Shown: positions 17,019 to 26,079, counted from the first letter of the stretch. The stretch is DNA of 64,000 nucleotides from an uncultured Candidatus Saccharibacteria bacterium (GCA_964428845.1 CAYRZH010000002.1:6924-70923); one strand, 5' to 3'. Notes: a model not told the origin generated them from the sequence alone. Program-made: numbers and translations.

Positions 17019-17606
17019 TTGTTCGACGTTCTGATACAATGTCTCTCAAACTCCATGGTTTACAATTTTTCTTCCTTTAAAGATAAAACAAAACAGACAG
17101 CCGCCTGGCTTTCAAGCGAGTTCAATTCAATCCGTACTGGTAGGGCTACTCCAGCTATCCTCGACAGCATTTCCGTAGAATCTTATGGAGCCAAGATGCC
17201 TATAAACCAGGTAGCGAGTGTGACCACCGAGGGTCCGCGCAGTCTTCGAGTTGCCCCATGGGACCAAAACCTCACGAAAACAATCGAGAAAGCAGTTATC
17301 GAGTCGCGGTTGGGGCTTTCCGTTGCTATAGATGAGAAGGGTCTTCGGATTACTTTTCCGGAGCTTACGGCAGAACGCAGGCAGTCACTCCTTAAGGTTG
17401 TCAAGCAGAAACTCGAGGAAGCCAGAGTTACTTTGCGCAAAGAACGAGATAGAGTCTGGGAAGATATTCAGGCAAAAGAAAAAGAGGGTGGTATGGGTGA
17501 AGACGAAAAATTCCGGCTGAAAGCAGAAATGCAAAAGATTATAGACGAAGCCAATAAAGAACTCGACACTCTAGCGCTCCGAAAGGAAGAAGAGGTGGCA
17601 AAATAA
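17019..17606 (+). CDS. frr: ribosome recycling factor
   Basis: EFNSIRTGRATPAILDSISVESYGAKMPINQVASV matches the RRF signature; the start may lie at a downstream Met. Confidence 0.85.
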   Translation: MFDVLIQCLSNSMVYNFSSFKDKTKQTAAWLSSEFNSIRTGRATPAILDSISVESYGAKMPINQVASVTTEGPRSLRVAPWDQNLTKTIEKAVIESRLGLSVAIDEKGLRITFPELTAERRQSLLKVVKQKLEEARVTLRKERDRVWEDIQAKEKEGGMGEDEKFRLKAEMQKIIDEANKELDTLALRKEEEVAK

Positions 17607-17612
17607 TTCTCG

Positions 17613-18770
17613 ATGCTCTCAATAATAATTTTTATAATAATTCTTGCAGCTCTGATTATCGTTCACGAGCTCGGGCATTTTCTGGTGGCGCGTGCGGTTC
17701 GGGTTCGCGTGGACGAGTTCGGCCTCGGCTATCCACCCCGAGCGACTAGATTGTTTAAGTGGAAAGAGACGGTTTTCACCTTAAACTGGCTTCCTTTCGG
17801 TGGCTTCGTCAAGATTTTTGGAGAAAATCCAGACGAAGAATCCATCTCGGGCCCAGAAAGCAGTAGTAGTCTGGTTCATAAACCAAAACTACACCAAGCT
17901 GCTGTCGTTGTGGCGGGCGTCGTTTTCAATGTTTTATTCGCTTGGGTCCTTATATCCTTGGGATTTATGATCGGTCTTCCAACACCCATATCAAGCGGTA
18001 TCGGTGTTCACGAAGTAAAAGATCCAAAACTTGTCATAACAAGTGTTTTGTCTGGCTCACCGGCATTTGAGGAAGGTTTAAAAGCAGGGGACGTGATAGT
18101 CTCGATCTCTACCGTGGATGAGGCGGCTCTGGTAAAAACTCCAAGTGCTACGGGTGGTGCATTGGGTACATCACAAGAAACCCCAGCCGCACTCAATCCA
18201 GAAGACGTCTCTAGTTTTATAAGTCAGAACGGAGATTCCGTAATTTCCATTACATATAGCCGTGGCGGAGAAATCGGCGAATTGAAAGCAACTCCTCGTG
18301 AAGGAATCATTCCCGAGAAAAAGGCCATTGGAATATCCATGGATACGATCGGTATTTTAGAGTTGCCGATTCACAAAGCATTTTGGGAAGGAGCGAAGAC
18401 GACAGTTCTTCTTACAAAGGCGACTATTGTTGGCATTGCTACGTTTATTTATGATTCGGTTCGCGGTCACTCCGACTTGTCCCAGGTGACTGGCCCTGTG
18501 GGGATTGTGGGTCTAGTGGGAGATGCTTCTAAGCTAGGGTTCATATACATACTTTCATTTACGGCTTTCATATCCATAAATCTTGCAGTGATAAATCTTA
18601 TTCCATTTCCAGCACTCGATGGCGGTCGTCTTTTGATGATCGTGATCGAGAGCATAAAGAAGTCGCCTATAAATCCAAAGATAGCAAATAGTGTCAATGC
18701 TCTCGGTTTCATTTTGCTCATCATTCTGATGCTTGTGGTGACGGCCAATGACATCGTTCGCTTATTCTAG
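17613..18770 (+). CDS. rseP: RIP zinc metalloprotease RseP/S2P (M50 family) with PDZ domain
   Basis: HELGHFLVAR HExxH motif in TM1, a PDZ segment, and the C-terminal NLIPFPALDGG motif. Confidence 0.8.
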   Translation: MLSIIIFIIILAALIIVHELGHFLVARAVRVRVDEFGLGYPPRATRLFKWKETVFTLNWLPFGGFVKIFGENPDEESISGPESSSSLVHKPKLHQAAVVVAGVVFNVLFAWVLISLGFMIGLPTPISSGIGVHEVKDPKLVITSVLSGSPAFEEGLKAGDVIVSISTVDEAALVKTPSATGGALGTSQETPAALNPEDVSSFISQNGDSVISITYSRGGEIGELKATPREGIIPEKKAIGISMDTIGILELPIHKAFWEGAKTTVLLTKATIVGIATFIYDSVRGHSDLSQVTGPVGIVGLVGDASKLGFIYILSFTAFISINLAVINLIPFPALDGGRLLMIVIESIKKSPINPKIANSVNALGFILLIILMLVVTANDIVRLF

Positions 18771-18808
18771 CTGTTGTACTGCTAAGTATTAAAATTTTCT
18801 TGATAAAA

Positions 18809-18836
18809 AAACACCCGCTTCCATTTTGGAAGCGGG
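18809..18836 (-). terminator. intrinsic terminator for gene 18877-19476
   Basis: ACCCGCTTCC atttt GGAAGCGGGT hairpin followed by TTTTTTT on the minus strand. Confidence 0.65.
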
Positions 18837-18876
18837 TAACGTACTGGGTCGTGTGAACGTGGACATGGGCATAGTG

Positions 18877-19476
18877 CTACTTTCTACTGCGCCTCTTCTT
18901 CTTCGACTTCGTCGAGGTGTCCTTCCAGCCGAGCCGGCCGGTGACTTTGTAGAGATTGAGCGGGGCGCCCTTCTTGCCGTCGCGGGGTTGCTTGCCGACA
19001 ACGACGATGCCATCGAGCAGACGCGACAAGATGAGAGAAACATGGTTCGGCATAAACGCCACGGACATTCTCGACAGCTTATCGGTCACATCGTGGCGAG
19101 TGAAACGCTCCAGACCACGCATACTCTCGACTGCCTGGAGGACATGGGGCTTCAGGTCGGTCATGGACAGCTCGTTGCCGTTGCGTGGGGTGGCTCTGCG
19201 CCGGCGCCTCTTGGTCTTTGCCGGGAGCGAAGTCCTCGTTTTGGTCAGGACTGCCGGCGAAGAGTTTACCGAGTTCGCGTGCCCGGAAGACTTGCTGGAT
19301 GGGTTTGTTCCATCGAGCCGCGCGCTCACAAGCTCCAGGCCGAACGACGCACAGAGGCTATCGAAGATCCTCTGTAGCTCGGCCATGTGCCTCTGATACT
19401 TGTCCTCGTATTCCCGACATCGCCTCTCGAATTCAGCCACCAACGCCGCCTGCAGAGCCCGTCTCTTCATAGGCAT
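18877..19476 (-). CDS. hypothetical basic protein with C-terminal winged-helix-like region (199 aa), GC-rich
   Basis: ATG at 19476 preceded by AAGGAG; Arg/Lys-rich; the C-terminal segment LSRMSVAFMPNHVSLILSRLLDGIVVVG..KGAPLNLYKVTG resembles a wHTH; about 60% GC. Confidence 0.55.
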   Translation of the reverse strand: MPMKRRALQAALVAEFERRCREYEDKYQRHMAELQRIFDSLCASFGLELVSARLDGTNPSSKSSGHANSVNSSPAVLTKTRTSLPAKTKRRRRRATPRNGNELSMTDLKPHVLQAVESMRGLERFTRHDVTDKLSRMSVAFMPNHVSLILSRLLDGIVVVGKQPRDGKKGAPLNLYKVTGRLGWKDTSTKSKKKRRSRK

Positions 19477-19642
19477 ATACTTACTCCTTGCCGTTTTACG
19501 GCTTTATGCGGGCTTGGAACCCTGTTTACCTGTTACTAGATCTCCAAGGTCTAGCGACATCTGTCTACCAAAACCACCATTCTGGGGTGGATATTACACA
19601 CCCTGTACATTTTGTCAATACATGGTAATATCTGTCCCAGTG

Positions 19643-19675
19643 GGCCTGTAATGGTTACAGGCCATTTAATGGTTC
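19643..19675. promoter_or_regulatory. perfect palindrome GGCCTGTAA-TGG-TTACAGGCC plus a TAATGGTT direct repeat in the divergent control region
   Basis: Seen directly, between divergent genes 18877-19476(-) and 19713-20018(+). Confidence 0.45.
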
Positions 19676-19712
19676 TTTTACAAAGGAATTTAGAATCCAA
19701 GAAAGGGAAATA

Positions 19713-20018
19713 GTGCTCAAGCCACAAGTCAGAAGGGATTCTGACAACGGTTTCATAAAGGCCGTTGTTGGGAAAGTTCGTGATAATGGCAAAGGTGTAT
19801 TTGCAGTCGCCTACCTACAGAATGGTGAAACCCACCCAAATATTTCTGCTGGAGAAAGCATCACGTTTTCTCTAGACGATTGGGGGGGGAGGCTCCAACC
19901 GCGCGTTGGACAAGTTGTTCTGTTGGGGGATGTTCAGTGTTTTGCCAAGGGATGGCGTGCATTGTCTGCACGCCCCGTCACACTCGAGCCACAAGCCACA
20001 GCCACAAGAAAGGGGTAG
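19713..20018 (+). CDS. hypothetical protein (101 aa), first gene of the GHKL operon
   Basis: GTG at 19713 with an AAGGGA RBS; the C-terminus EPQATATRKG is encoded by the 30-bp direct repeat. Confidence 0.5.
   Translation: MLKPQVRRDSDNGFIKAVVGKVRDNGKGVFAVAYLQNGETHPNISAGESITFSLDDWGGRLQPRVGQVVLLGDVQCFAKGWRALSARPVTLEPQATATRKG
19984..20013 (+). repeat. 30-bp direct repeat DR1 (TCGAGCCACAAGCCACAGCCACAAGAAAGG)
   Basis: Identical copy at 20808-20837; each copy encodes a C-terminal EPQATATRK and supplies the RBS of the next gene. Confidence 0.8.
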
Positions 20019-20020
20019 TT

Positions 20021-20848
20021 ATGCAGAGGAAAGTCAACAGGGGTTCAACGGCAGAATGTCTCAAGGTTTTTTCGGACGAGAATCGCTTCAATGTTACCAA
20101 CATAGCGCGGTGTCGCGTTCGCAATCAAGTCTGTACGCTTCTTAGGATATCAGCCTCGACTGGTCATGCTTGGTTTGCCAGGCAGATTCTGCCGACTGGT
20201 GTAAACATGTTCAAGTTGCAACTTCTTCTCGAAGTTTGTGGCTTTGAAATCAAAGAGCGGCAGAATCTAACTCCTCTGTCTCGCGCTCTTGCTGATCAGG
20301 TGGCCCTGAATGTTCTTTCGGTTGGAAGAGCAGCCTCATTCATTGGGTCAGATGAAGACAAGATTGTCGCGCTCGCGTCTGGTCGTGAAGGAGCCAGTCC
20401 AGATCGGATCTCGAGAACGACCGAATTAGTAGAGATGGAAAAGCCGGCGGCGGAATCAAGAATGGAATTTTTCCGTCAGTCCCTGAAAAAGTTTGGCGTA
20501 GTTTTTGCACAGGAAGCACCTTCGCAGGAGACAGTTCGTGTCGACGCAGATATGCAAGTGCCTACGTCGACTTTGTCACCATCGGCACCACCCTTGGCGA
20601 GCGACACTGATCGGACGCATGCTGTTCATGCGCTCGCGCATCTAGTTTTGGGGATCAAGCACCTTGCCGCAAGAGTGGCCTCCGACGAGTTTACTCCAGC
20701 GGAAAGAGATATGCTTCGTCGTATGACAGGTAATGGCCTTTCCAATGCGATCTTCGATCTTTCGAACATCTTTCACCGCTTGTGCGGTGAGAGAGCTCGG
20801 AGTCGAATCGAGCCACAAGCCACAGCCACAAGAAAGGAGCCGTTGTGA
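20021..20848 (+). CDS. hypothetical protein (275 aa), second gene of the GHKL operon
   Basis: The ATG at 20021 is 2 nt after the gene-1 stop, with an AAAGGGG RBS; the C-terminus EPQATATRKEPL comes from DR2. Confidence 0.55.
   Translation: MQRKVNRGSTAECLKVFSDENRFNVTNIARCRVRNQVCTLLRISASTGHAWFARQILPTGVNMFKLQLLLEVCGFEIKERQNLTPLSRALADQVALNVLSVGRAASFIGSDEDKIVALASGREGASPDRISRTTELVEMEKPAAESRMEFFRQSLKKFGVVFAQEAPSQETVRVDADMQVPTSTLSPSAPPLASDTDRTHAVHALAHLVLGIKHLAARVASDEFTPAERDMLRRMTGNGLSNAIFDLSNIFHRLCGERARSRIEPQATATRKEPL
20808..20837 (+). repeat. 30-bp direct repeat DR2
   Basis: Identical to DR1. Confidence 0.8.
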
Positions 20849-22566
20849 GGAATTTCACACCGCCGTCTACTGCTGGCAGACACACCGCCATTAAGTTCAA
20901 TCAGGGCCAGGCCCTCTTGCATCTTGCTGGCATGTACCCGACTTTGCATGAGGTTATCCTCGAGCTTGTCCAAAACGCCCTAGACAAGGACGTGCGGGCA
21001 ACTCGGATCTGGATCGTTGTCAATCAAAAGACTCGGCACATCGCGGTGCGCGACAATGGTGCCGGAACAACGCTTGATAGATTCAACGAGGCACTTGCGT
21101 CAGTCGCGGAACCAGGCCGCAAGGGCGAGGGGAGTCTGGGACAGTTTGGTATCGGTCTCATTTCTCCTCTTGGTAAGTGTAAAGAGTTTGTTTTTCTCTC
21201 CTGCCCAGCACCTCATATGTACGGGTTCCAGGAGTGGACGTTTAGAACCGATCACATCACTGCGCAAAGACAGGATCTGATGATCCCTCTACGAGCTCGA
21301 GATGATCTCACGCTTCAGGATAGACCTCCTCCAGGAAAAACCCGGCTCCAGTGGCGATCGGAAATGAGCCTTACTGGTATCACGACTGATGGTGTCGTTG
21401 GTCAGATTTCCATGGACGCTCTTATCGGGGGTATTCAAGACCGCTATGCCACCGTTATGCGGCGTAACAAGACTATCATTTCGGTGGAGATCACCGACAA
21501 GGATGGTAGTGTCGAACGGCGGCCCAATGTGACGGCTTCAGACTTTCGAGGTCGTGCTCTCGAAGAGTGGACGTATGTAGAGCCCTCTGCTGGCAGGACC
21601 ACATTTCGTTTGTTTGTTGCTCCCAAGTCCAAAACGGGACGAAGCGGGCGGGTGGTTGTGGGAATCATGGGGAATGATTTCAGAATTCCACTCCACTATG
21701 TCGTCCGATCTGCGACCGCTCTTCTTGGCGAAGAAGTGGTTACGGCACTGTCGTCTGGTCTTTTCGAGGGAGAAATCATCTCTGAGTGTGCCAAACTGCA
21801 CCCAAGTCGCAGAAGTCTTGTCAAAGACGATGCTTTCATTGGCTTCTGTTTGGCTATCGAGGAGTGGTATAACCAAGTTGGGTCAAAGTGTGTTGATGAG
21901 ATTCGTCAGTCCCGACAGGAACAACGGTTCCAGGATCTGGGACTGCGATCGATGAAGGTGATCGAGGGTCTGCTCAATAATCCCGCGCTTTCATCGCTCC
22001 GGGCGGTTATCGGTTCTTTTGGCCGAGGCACGGTCAGTAGTGCTCACCATGACCCCACGAAGAAGGTCGTAGGTGAGCAGGAAAAGCCAGCCTTGTCGGT
22101 TCAGGGAGTCTTTGCCACGCCGAGTGGAGAAGACCCGGAAGATCCTGACGACGGCGGAGGATCTTCTGCCGAGAAGCCGCCTCGGCCGCCTCTCACTGTC
22201 ACAGGTCCTAGAGGTCCAAGACGGAAGATCGTGAGAAGCTCGAGCTTCGGCTTGCAGTTTGCTCATGAGCCAGTTGAGGGTTCTCCCGACTTGTGGAATC
22301 TTGACACAAGAGAGGGTGTACTGACCTTCAACATCCGGCATCCACTCTGGGTTGCCTGTGATGTGAGGGACGTTCCACTCATGAAACTGCAGGAGTGGGT
22401 GGCGATACAGGCGTTGACGCTTGAGATGATGCCTCCGGCCCTGCGCGTTCCACAACGGCTTATTTTGGATGAGATCACCGTTTCGATGGTTTCCTGGATT
22501 CTTGGTGCTGACAAAGCGAGGGGTTCTATCCCGAACCCGAAGGGTAAGAGGAGACCCTCGCAGTAA
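20845..22566 (+). CDS. GHKL/Bergerat-fold ATPase (HATPase_c_3; MORC/Hsp90/MutL-like N-domain) with a ~440-aa uncharacterised C-terminal region
   Basis: N-box ELVQNALDKD, G1 box VRDNGAGT and G2 box GSLGQFGIGLIS are present in canonical spacing. A GTG start overlaps the gene-2 stop (GTGA) and is preceded by AAAGGAG. Confidence 0.65.
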   Translation: MRNFTPPSTAGRHTAIKFNQGQALLHLAGMYPTLHEVILELVQNALDKDVRATRIWIVVNQKTRHIAVRDNGAGTTLDRFNEALASVAEPGRKGEGSLGQFGIGLISPLGKCKEFVFLSCPAPHMYGFQEWTFRTDHITAQRQDLMIPLRARDDLTLQDRPPPGKTRLQWRSEMSLTGITTDGVVGQISMDALIGGIQDRYATVMRRNKTIISVEITDKDGSVERRPNVTASDFRGRALEEWTYVEPSAGRTTFRLFVAPKSKTGRSGRVVVGIMGNDFRIPLHYVVRSATALLGEEVVTALSSGLFEGEIISECAKLHPSRRSLVKDDAFIGFCLAIEEWYNQVGSKCVDEIRQSRQEQRFQDLGLRSMKVIEGLLNNPALSSLRAVIGSFGRGTVSSAHHDPTKKVVGEQEKPALSVQGVFATPSGEDPEDPDDGGGSSAEKPPRPPLTVTGPRGPRRKIVRSSSFGLQFAHEPVEGSPDLWNLDTREGVLTFNIRHPLWVACDVRDVPLMKLQEWVAIQALTLEMMPPALRVPQRLILDEITVSMVSWILGADKARGSIPNPKGKRRPSQ

Positions 22567-22597
22567 GGCAGGTGGCTCACCAGAGACATCTGACCAC

Positions 22598-22628
22598 CCC
22601 GGTACTTGTGTGCCGGGGTTTTTTTATA
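22598..22628 (+). terminator. intrinsic terminator of the GHKL operon
   Basis: CCCCGGTAC ttgtgtg CCGGGG followed by TTTTTTTA. Confidence 0.7.
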
Positions 22629-22695
22629 CCAAATAAAACTTGGAATTTACTTTTTTGAAGTAGACCCGTGGCGTTTTTTTGTGTACTATTTCGAC

Positions 22696-23949
22696 ATGCT
22701 GCAGTCGAAACTTTTTACGAAAACTAGAAAAAATGCTCCCAAGGATGAAGTTTCTCGAAACGCCGAGCTTCTCATCCGAGCCGGTTACATTCACAAAGAT
22801 ATGGCCGGTGTCTATTCTTTTCTACCTTTGGGTCTTCAGGTTTTAAATAATATAGTTTCCATAATCAGAGCCGAGATGAAATCGATCGGAGGTGAGGAAG
22901 TTTTCCTAGCGGCGCTTCAAGATAAAAATCTCTGGCTGAAGACTGGTAGATGGCAGGACGAAGCAATGGACAACTGGTTCAAGACGAAGCTAAAAAATGA
23001 CACCGAGCTTGGCCTTGCTGCCACTCACGAGGAACCGCTGACGAATCTTATGAAAGATCATATTCATTCATATCGGGATTTGCCTCGATACGTCTTTCAA
23101 TTCCAAACGAAGTTCAGGAATGAAACTAGAGCAAAAAGTGGAATCATGAGATGCAGAGAGTTTTTGATGAAGGATCTCTACTCATTTTCTCCAAGCGAGG
23201 AGAGTCATAAAGAGTTTTACGAAAAAGCAAAAGAATCCTACCGGAGAATTTTTGAAACCCTTGGAATAGGGGATCGGACATATTTGACCTTTTCTTCGGG
23301 CGGATCATTTTCTAGGTATTCTCACGAGTTTCAGACCCTTACGGAGGCTGGAGAAGACACAATCTTTGTACATGAGGGTAAGAAGATGGCTATAAACAAG
23401 GAGGTAATGAATGAGGAGGTTCTCGCTGATTTGGGTCTCAAGGAGTCAGATTTGGTAGAGAAAAAGGCTGTTGAAGTGGGGAATATCTTCAGTCTGGGTA
23501 CAAGATTTTCCGATGCCATAGAGCTTTCATTTGTAGACAGTGGTGGCAAAAAGATGCCAGTAGTCATGGGCAGTTATGGTATCAGTCCAGTCCGACTCAT
23601 GGGCACGATAGTAGAAGTGCTCGCGGACGAGAAGGGAATTGTCTGGCCCGAAAACATTGCTCCGTTTAAAGTTCATCTCATAGGGCTTGGCCAAGATGAT
23701 GAAACTGTTCGAAAGCAGGCCGATAAGATTTATACAGATCTGGAGGCACAGGGAATCTCCGTTTTATATGATGACCGCGATTTGCGTGCCGGTGAGAAAT
23801 TTGCCGACGCTGATTTGATCGGCATTCCATTTCGAGTGGTGGTCAGTGGAAAAACCCTAGAAGGCGGCGGGGTAGAGATAAAGAAAAGAACAGAAGAAGA
23901 AACAAAAATTATTCCAGAGAAGAAACTTAGAGAAATCCTGTCCTCCTAA
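22696..23949 (+). CDS. proS: prolyl-tRNA synthetase (compact form without an editing domain)
   Basis: Class II aaRS motifs, a ProRS N-terminus (RAGYI..AGVYSFLPLG), and a C-terminal anticodon-binding domain. Confidence 0.85.
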   Translation: MLQSKLFTKTRKNAPKDEVSRNAELLIRAGYIHKDMAGVYSFLPLGLQVLNNIVSIIRAEMKSIGGEEVFLAALQDKNLWLKTGRWQDEAMDNWFKTKLKNDTELGLAATHEEPLTNLMKDHIHSYRDLPRYVFQFQTKFRNETRAKSGIMRCREFLMKDLYSFSPSEESHKEFYEKAKESYRRIFETLGIGDRTYLTFSSGGSFSRYSHEFQTLTEAGEDTIFVHEGKKMAINKEVMNEEVLADLGLKESDLVEKKAVEVGNIFSLGTRFSDAIELSFVDSGGKKMPVVMGSYGISPVRLMGTIVEVLADEKGIVWPENIAPFKVHLIGLGQDDETVRKQADKIYTDLEAQGISVLYDDRDLRAGEKFADADLIGIPFRVVVSGKTLEGGGVEIKKRTEEETKIIPEKKLREILSS

Positions 23950-23952
23950 CCC

Positions 23953-25014
23953 ATGAAAAACTCGATTCTGAAACTCTATAACCTGTTATCGAACGATATC
24001 GGTATCGATCTCGGTACTGCAAATACTTTAGTGTACATGCGCGGCAGAGGGATCGTCATAAACGAGCCATCTGTAGTCGCGGTGAACCAAAAGACTGGCA
24101 GGATTGTTGCTATCGGTAGCCAGGCGAAGCAGATGCTCGGACGGACCCCTACTCACATAGTGGCTGTAAAACCATTGGTTGAGGGTGTTATTTCGGACTT
24201 TGAGGTCACAGAAGAAATGATTACCTACCTCATCAACTCTGGACAAAAGGATTCCAAGAAATTTCTAGGGCCGCGAGTGGTGGTTGGAGTTCCTTCAGGT
24301 ATCACCAATGTTGAGATCAGGGCGGTGCGTGATGCCACCAAGAACGCCGGAGCCAGAGAAGTTCATATTGTAGAAGAGCCCGTCGCTGCTGCTATTGGTA
24401 TAAGACTTCCTGTCATGGATCCGGTGGGTAGTATGGTTGTCGATATTGGAGGTGGTACCACAGATATTGCAGTCATCTCCCTTGGCGGAGTTGTCCGCTC
24501 CAAAAATGTTAGGATTGCCGGCGACAAGTTCGACAACGACATCATTTCCTATATCCGCGGGGAATTTAAAATTCTTATTGGCGACAAAACAGCAGAAAGC
24601 GTAAAACTTGCTATCGGGGCAGTTCTTCCTTCTATCCAAGGAATGGAAGCGGTTATTCGGGGTCGTGATCTTGTGACCGGTCTTCCGAAGGAGGTCGTGA
24701 TTACCGACACAGACGTTCGAGAGGCTATGTCACAGTCTATTGGCACGTTGGTGGAATCTGTAAAAGAAGTCATAGAGACGACACCACCAGAGATCCTTTC
24801 TGACGTCATGCACCGGGGGGTTTACCTTGCCGGCGGTGGGGCTCTCATCAAAGGTTTCAGCCAGCTTCTAGAAGACCATATCAAGATTCCAGTTCATATT
24901 GCCGAAGACCCCCTCACCGCTGTGGCTCGCGGAGCCGGTATCATCCTAGAAGACCTTCCTTACTTCAAAGAAGTGCTCATTGCAAACAAAGATGATTTAC
25001 CTCCGAAAAAGTAA
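23953..25014 (+). CDS. mreB: rod shape-determining protein MreB (paralog 2, in the mreBCD-mrdA cluster)
   Basis: IGIDLGTANT and DIGGGTTD motifs. Confidence 0.85.
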   Translation: MKNSILKLYNLLSNDIGIDLGTANTLVYMRGRGIVINEPSVVAVNQKTGRIVAIGSQAKQMLGRTPTHIVAVKPLVEGVISDFEVTEEMITYLINSGQKDSKKFLGPRVVVGVPSGITNVEIRAVRDATKNAGAREVHIVEEPVAAAIGIRLPVMDPVGSMVVDIGGGTTDIAVISLGGVVRSKNVRIAGDKFDNDIISYIRGEFKILIGDKTAESVKLAIGAVLPSIQGMEAVIRGRDLVTGLPKEVVITDTDVREAMSQSIGTLVESVKEVIETTPPEILSDVMHRGVYLAGGGALIKGFSQLLEDHIKIPVHIAEDPLTAVARGAGIILEDLPYFKEVLIANKDDLPPKK

Positions 25015-25783
25015 GAAGGGTGGTAAAAAAATAATTTTCATCAGCTCTTTGGTGATTTTGTTTCTTGTCTTAGCTTTCTTTCTGATGTCGAGAACTCCCG
25101 ACTCTCTTGCTACTGTCACAAGATCAGTAGGCTTTCCGATCTGGAAAGCCAGGAACTTTTTCGTGGATGAAACCAAAGACACTTTCAACTTTTTTCGCTC
25201 TCACAATGCCTTGATTACGGAGAATAAAAGATTGAAAGAAGAGAACGATACTCTAAGGTCAACACTTCTTGGTCTAGATACTCTCAAGTCAGAACATGAA
25301 AAACTTCTAGCCGACTTTGGGCGCAGCACTATAGAAAAAAAGGTTTTAGCTTCGGTACTGGTGAGGCCGCCACAGACGCCGTACGACACTCTCATTCTAG
25401 ACGTGGGAAGTGACAACGGAATCATTCCCGGCAATATCTTTTATAGTATGAGCGGCTTTGCTCTCGGTACCATAAACGATGTTACCAAACGGACTTCGAA
25501 AGCCATTCTTTTTTCTAGCACCGATGTTGAAGTTGAGGGGCTGGTCGAACGTAGTGGTTTTCCCATCAATCTCCGGGGTAAGGGAGGAGGAATTTTTGAA
25601 GTTCAGGCCCCGCAGGACGCAGATATCCTGAAGGACGATGTCGTTATTATGCCAACCTTGAGGGGTTCAATAATCGGTTTTGTAGCCGACATAGAATCAA
25701 GCGTTACGAGTGCCTTCAGGCGCGTTCTTGTTCAGATACCTATAAATGTTTCGCACCTGCGTTTCGTCCAGGTCGAGATCTGA
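24980..25783 (+). CDS. mreC: rod shape-determining protein MreC
   Basis: N-terminal TM helix, a coiled-coil (ENKRLKEENDTLRS) and a beta-rich C-domain; position after mreB. The start may be at 25085. Confidence 0.7.
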   Translation: MQTKMIYLRKSKKGGKKIIFISSLVILFLVLAFFLMSRTPDSLATVTRSVGFPIWKARNFFVDETKDTFNFFRSHNALITENKRLKEENDTLRSTLLGLDTLKSEHEKLLADFGRSTIEKKVLASVLVRPPQTPYDTLILDVGSDNGIIPGNIFYSMSGFALGTINDVTKRTSKAILFSSTDVEVEGLVERSGFPINLRGKGGGIFEVQAPQDADILKDDVVIMPTLRGSIIGFVADIESSVTSAFRRVLVQIPINVSHLRFVQVEI

Positions 25784-25803
25784 CGTTCGATAGCATTGTA
25801 GTA

Positions 25804-26079
25804 ATGAAAAAATTAATTATAAGAATAATAGTCAATGTCGCCGCAGCATTAAGTATTTTTATTATGCCTTGGTGGTTCTCCCTCCTTCTTATCATCAGTT
25901 TTCTCTTTTTATTTAATAATTATTATGAAATATTATTTTGGGGGTTTCTCATAGATGTCCTCTACGGAGTTCCTAACCATTCCTTTTTTCAGACCAATAT
26001 GTTATTTACCTCGATCTCATTTTTGGCTTTGGTCGTTTCTTTCTTTGCTAAGCGCAATCTAAGTATATATTCATCATGA
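25804..26079 (+). CDS. mreD: rod shape-determining protein MreD-like small membrane protein
   Basis: Small multi-TM protein between mreC and the PBP2 gene. Confidence 0.55.
   Translation: MKKLIIRIIVNVAAALSIFIMPWWFSLLLIISFLFLFNNYYEILFWGFLIDVLYGVPNHSFFQTNMLFTSISFLALVVSFFAKRNLSIYSS

Noticed and set aside
18826-19396. Plus-strand ORFs (183 aa and 146 aa) opposite the 199-aa minus-strand gene
   Set aside because: These are GC-rich shadow frames without an RBS. The minus-strand gene has an AAGGAG-ATG start and a perfect downstream intrinsic terminator.
19986-20013. GCCACA tandem repeats considered as a CRISPR or microsatellite array
   Set aside because: There are only three imperfect 6-7-nt units and no spacers. 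The 30-bp unit recurs exactly once, 824 bp away, inside coding sequence. It is a direct repeat, not a CRISPR.
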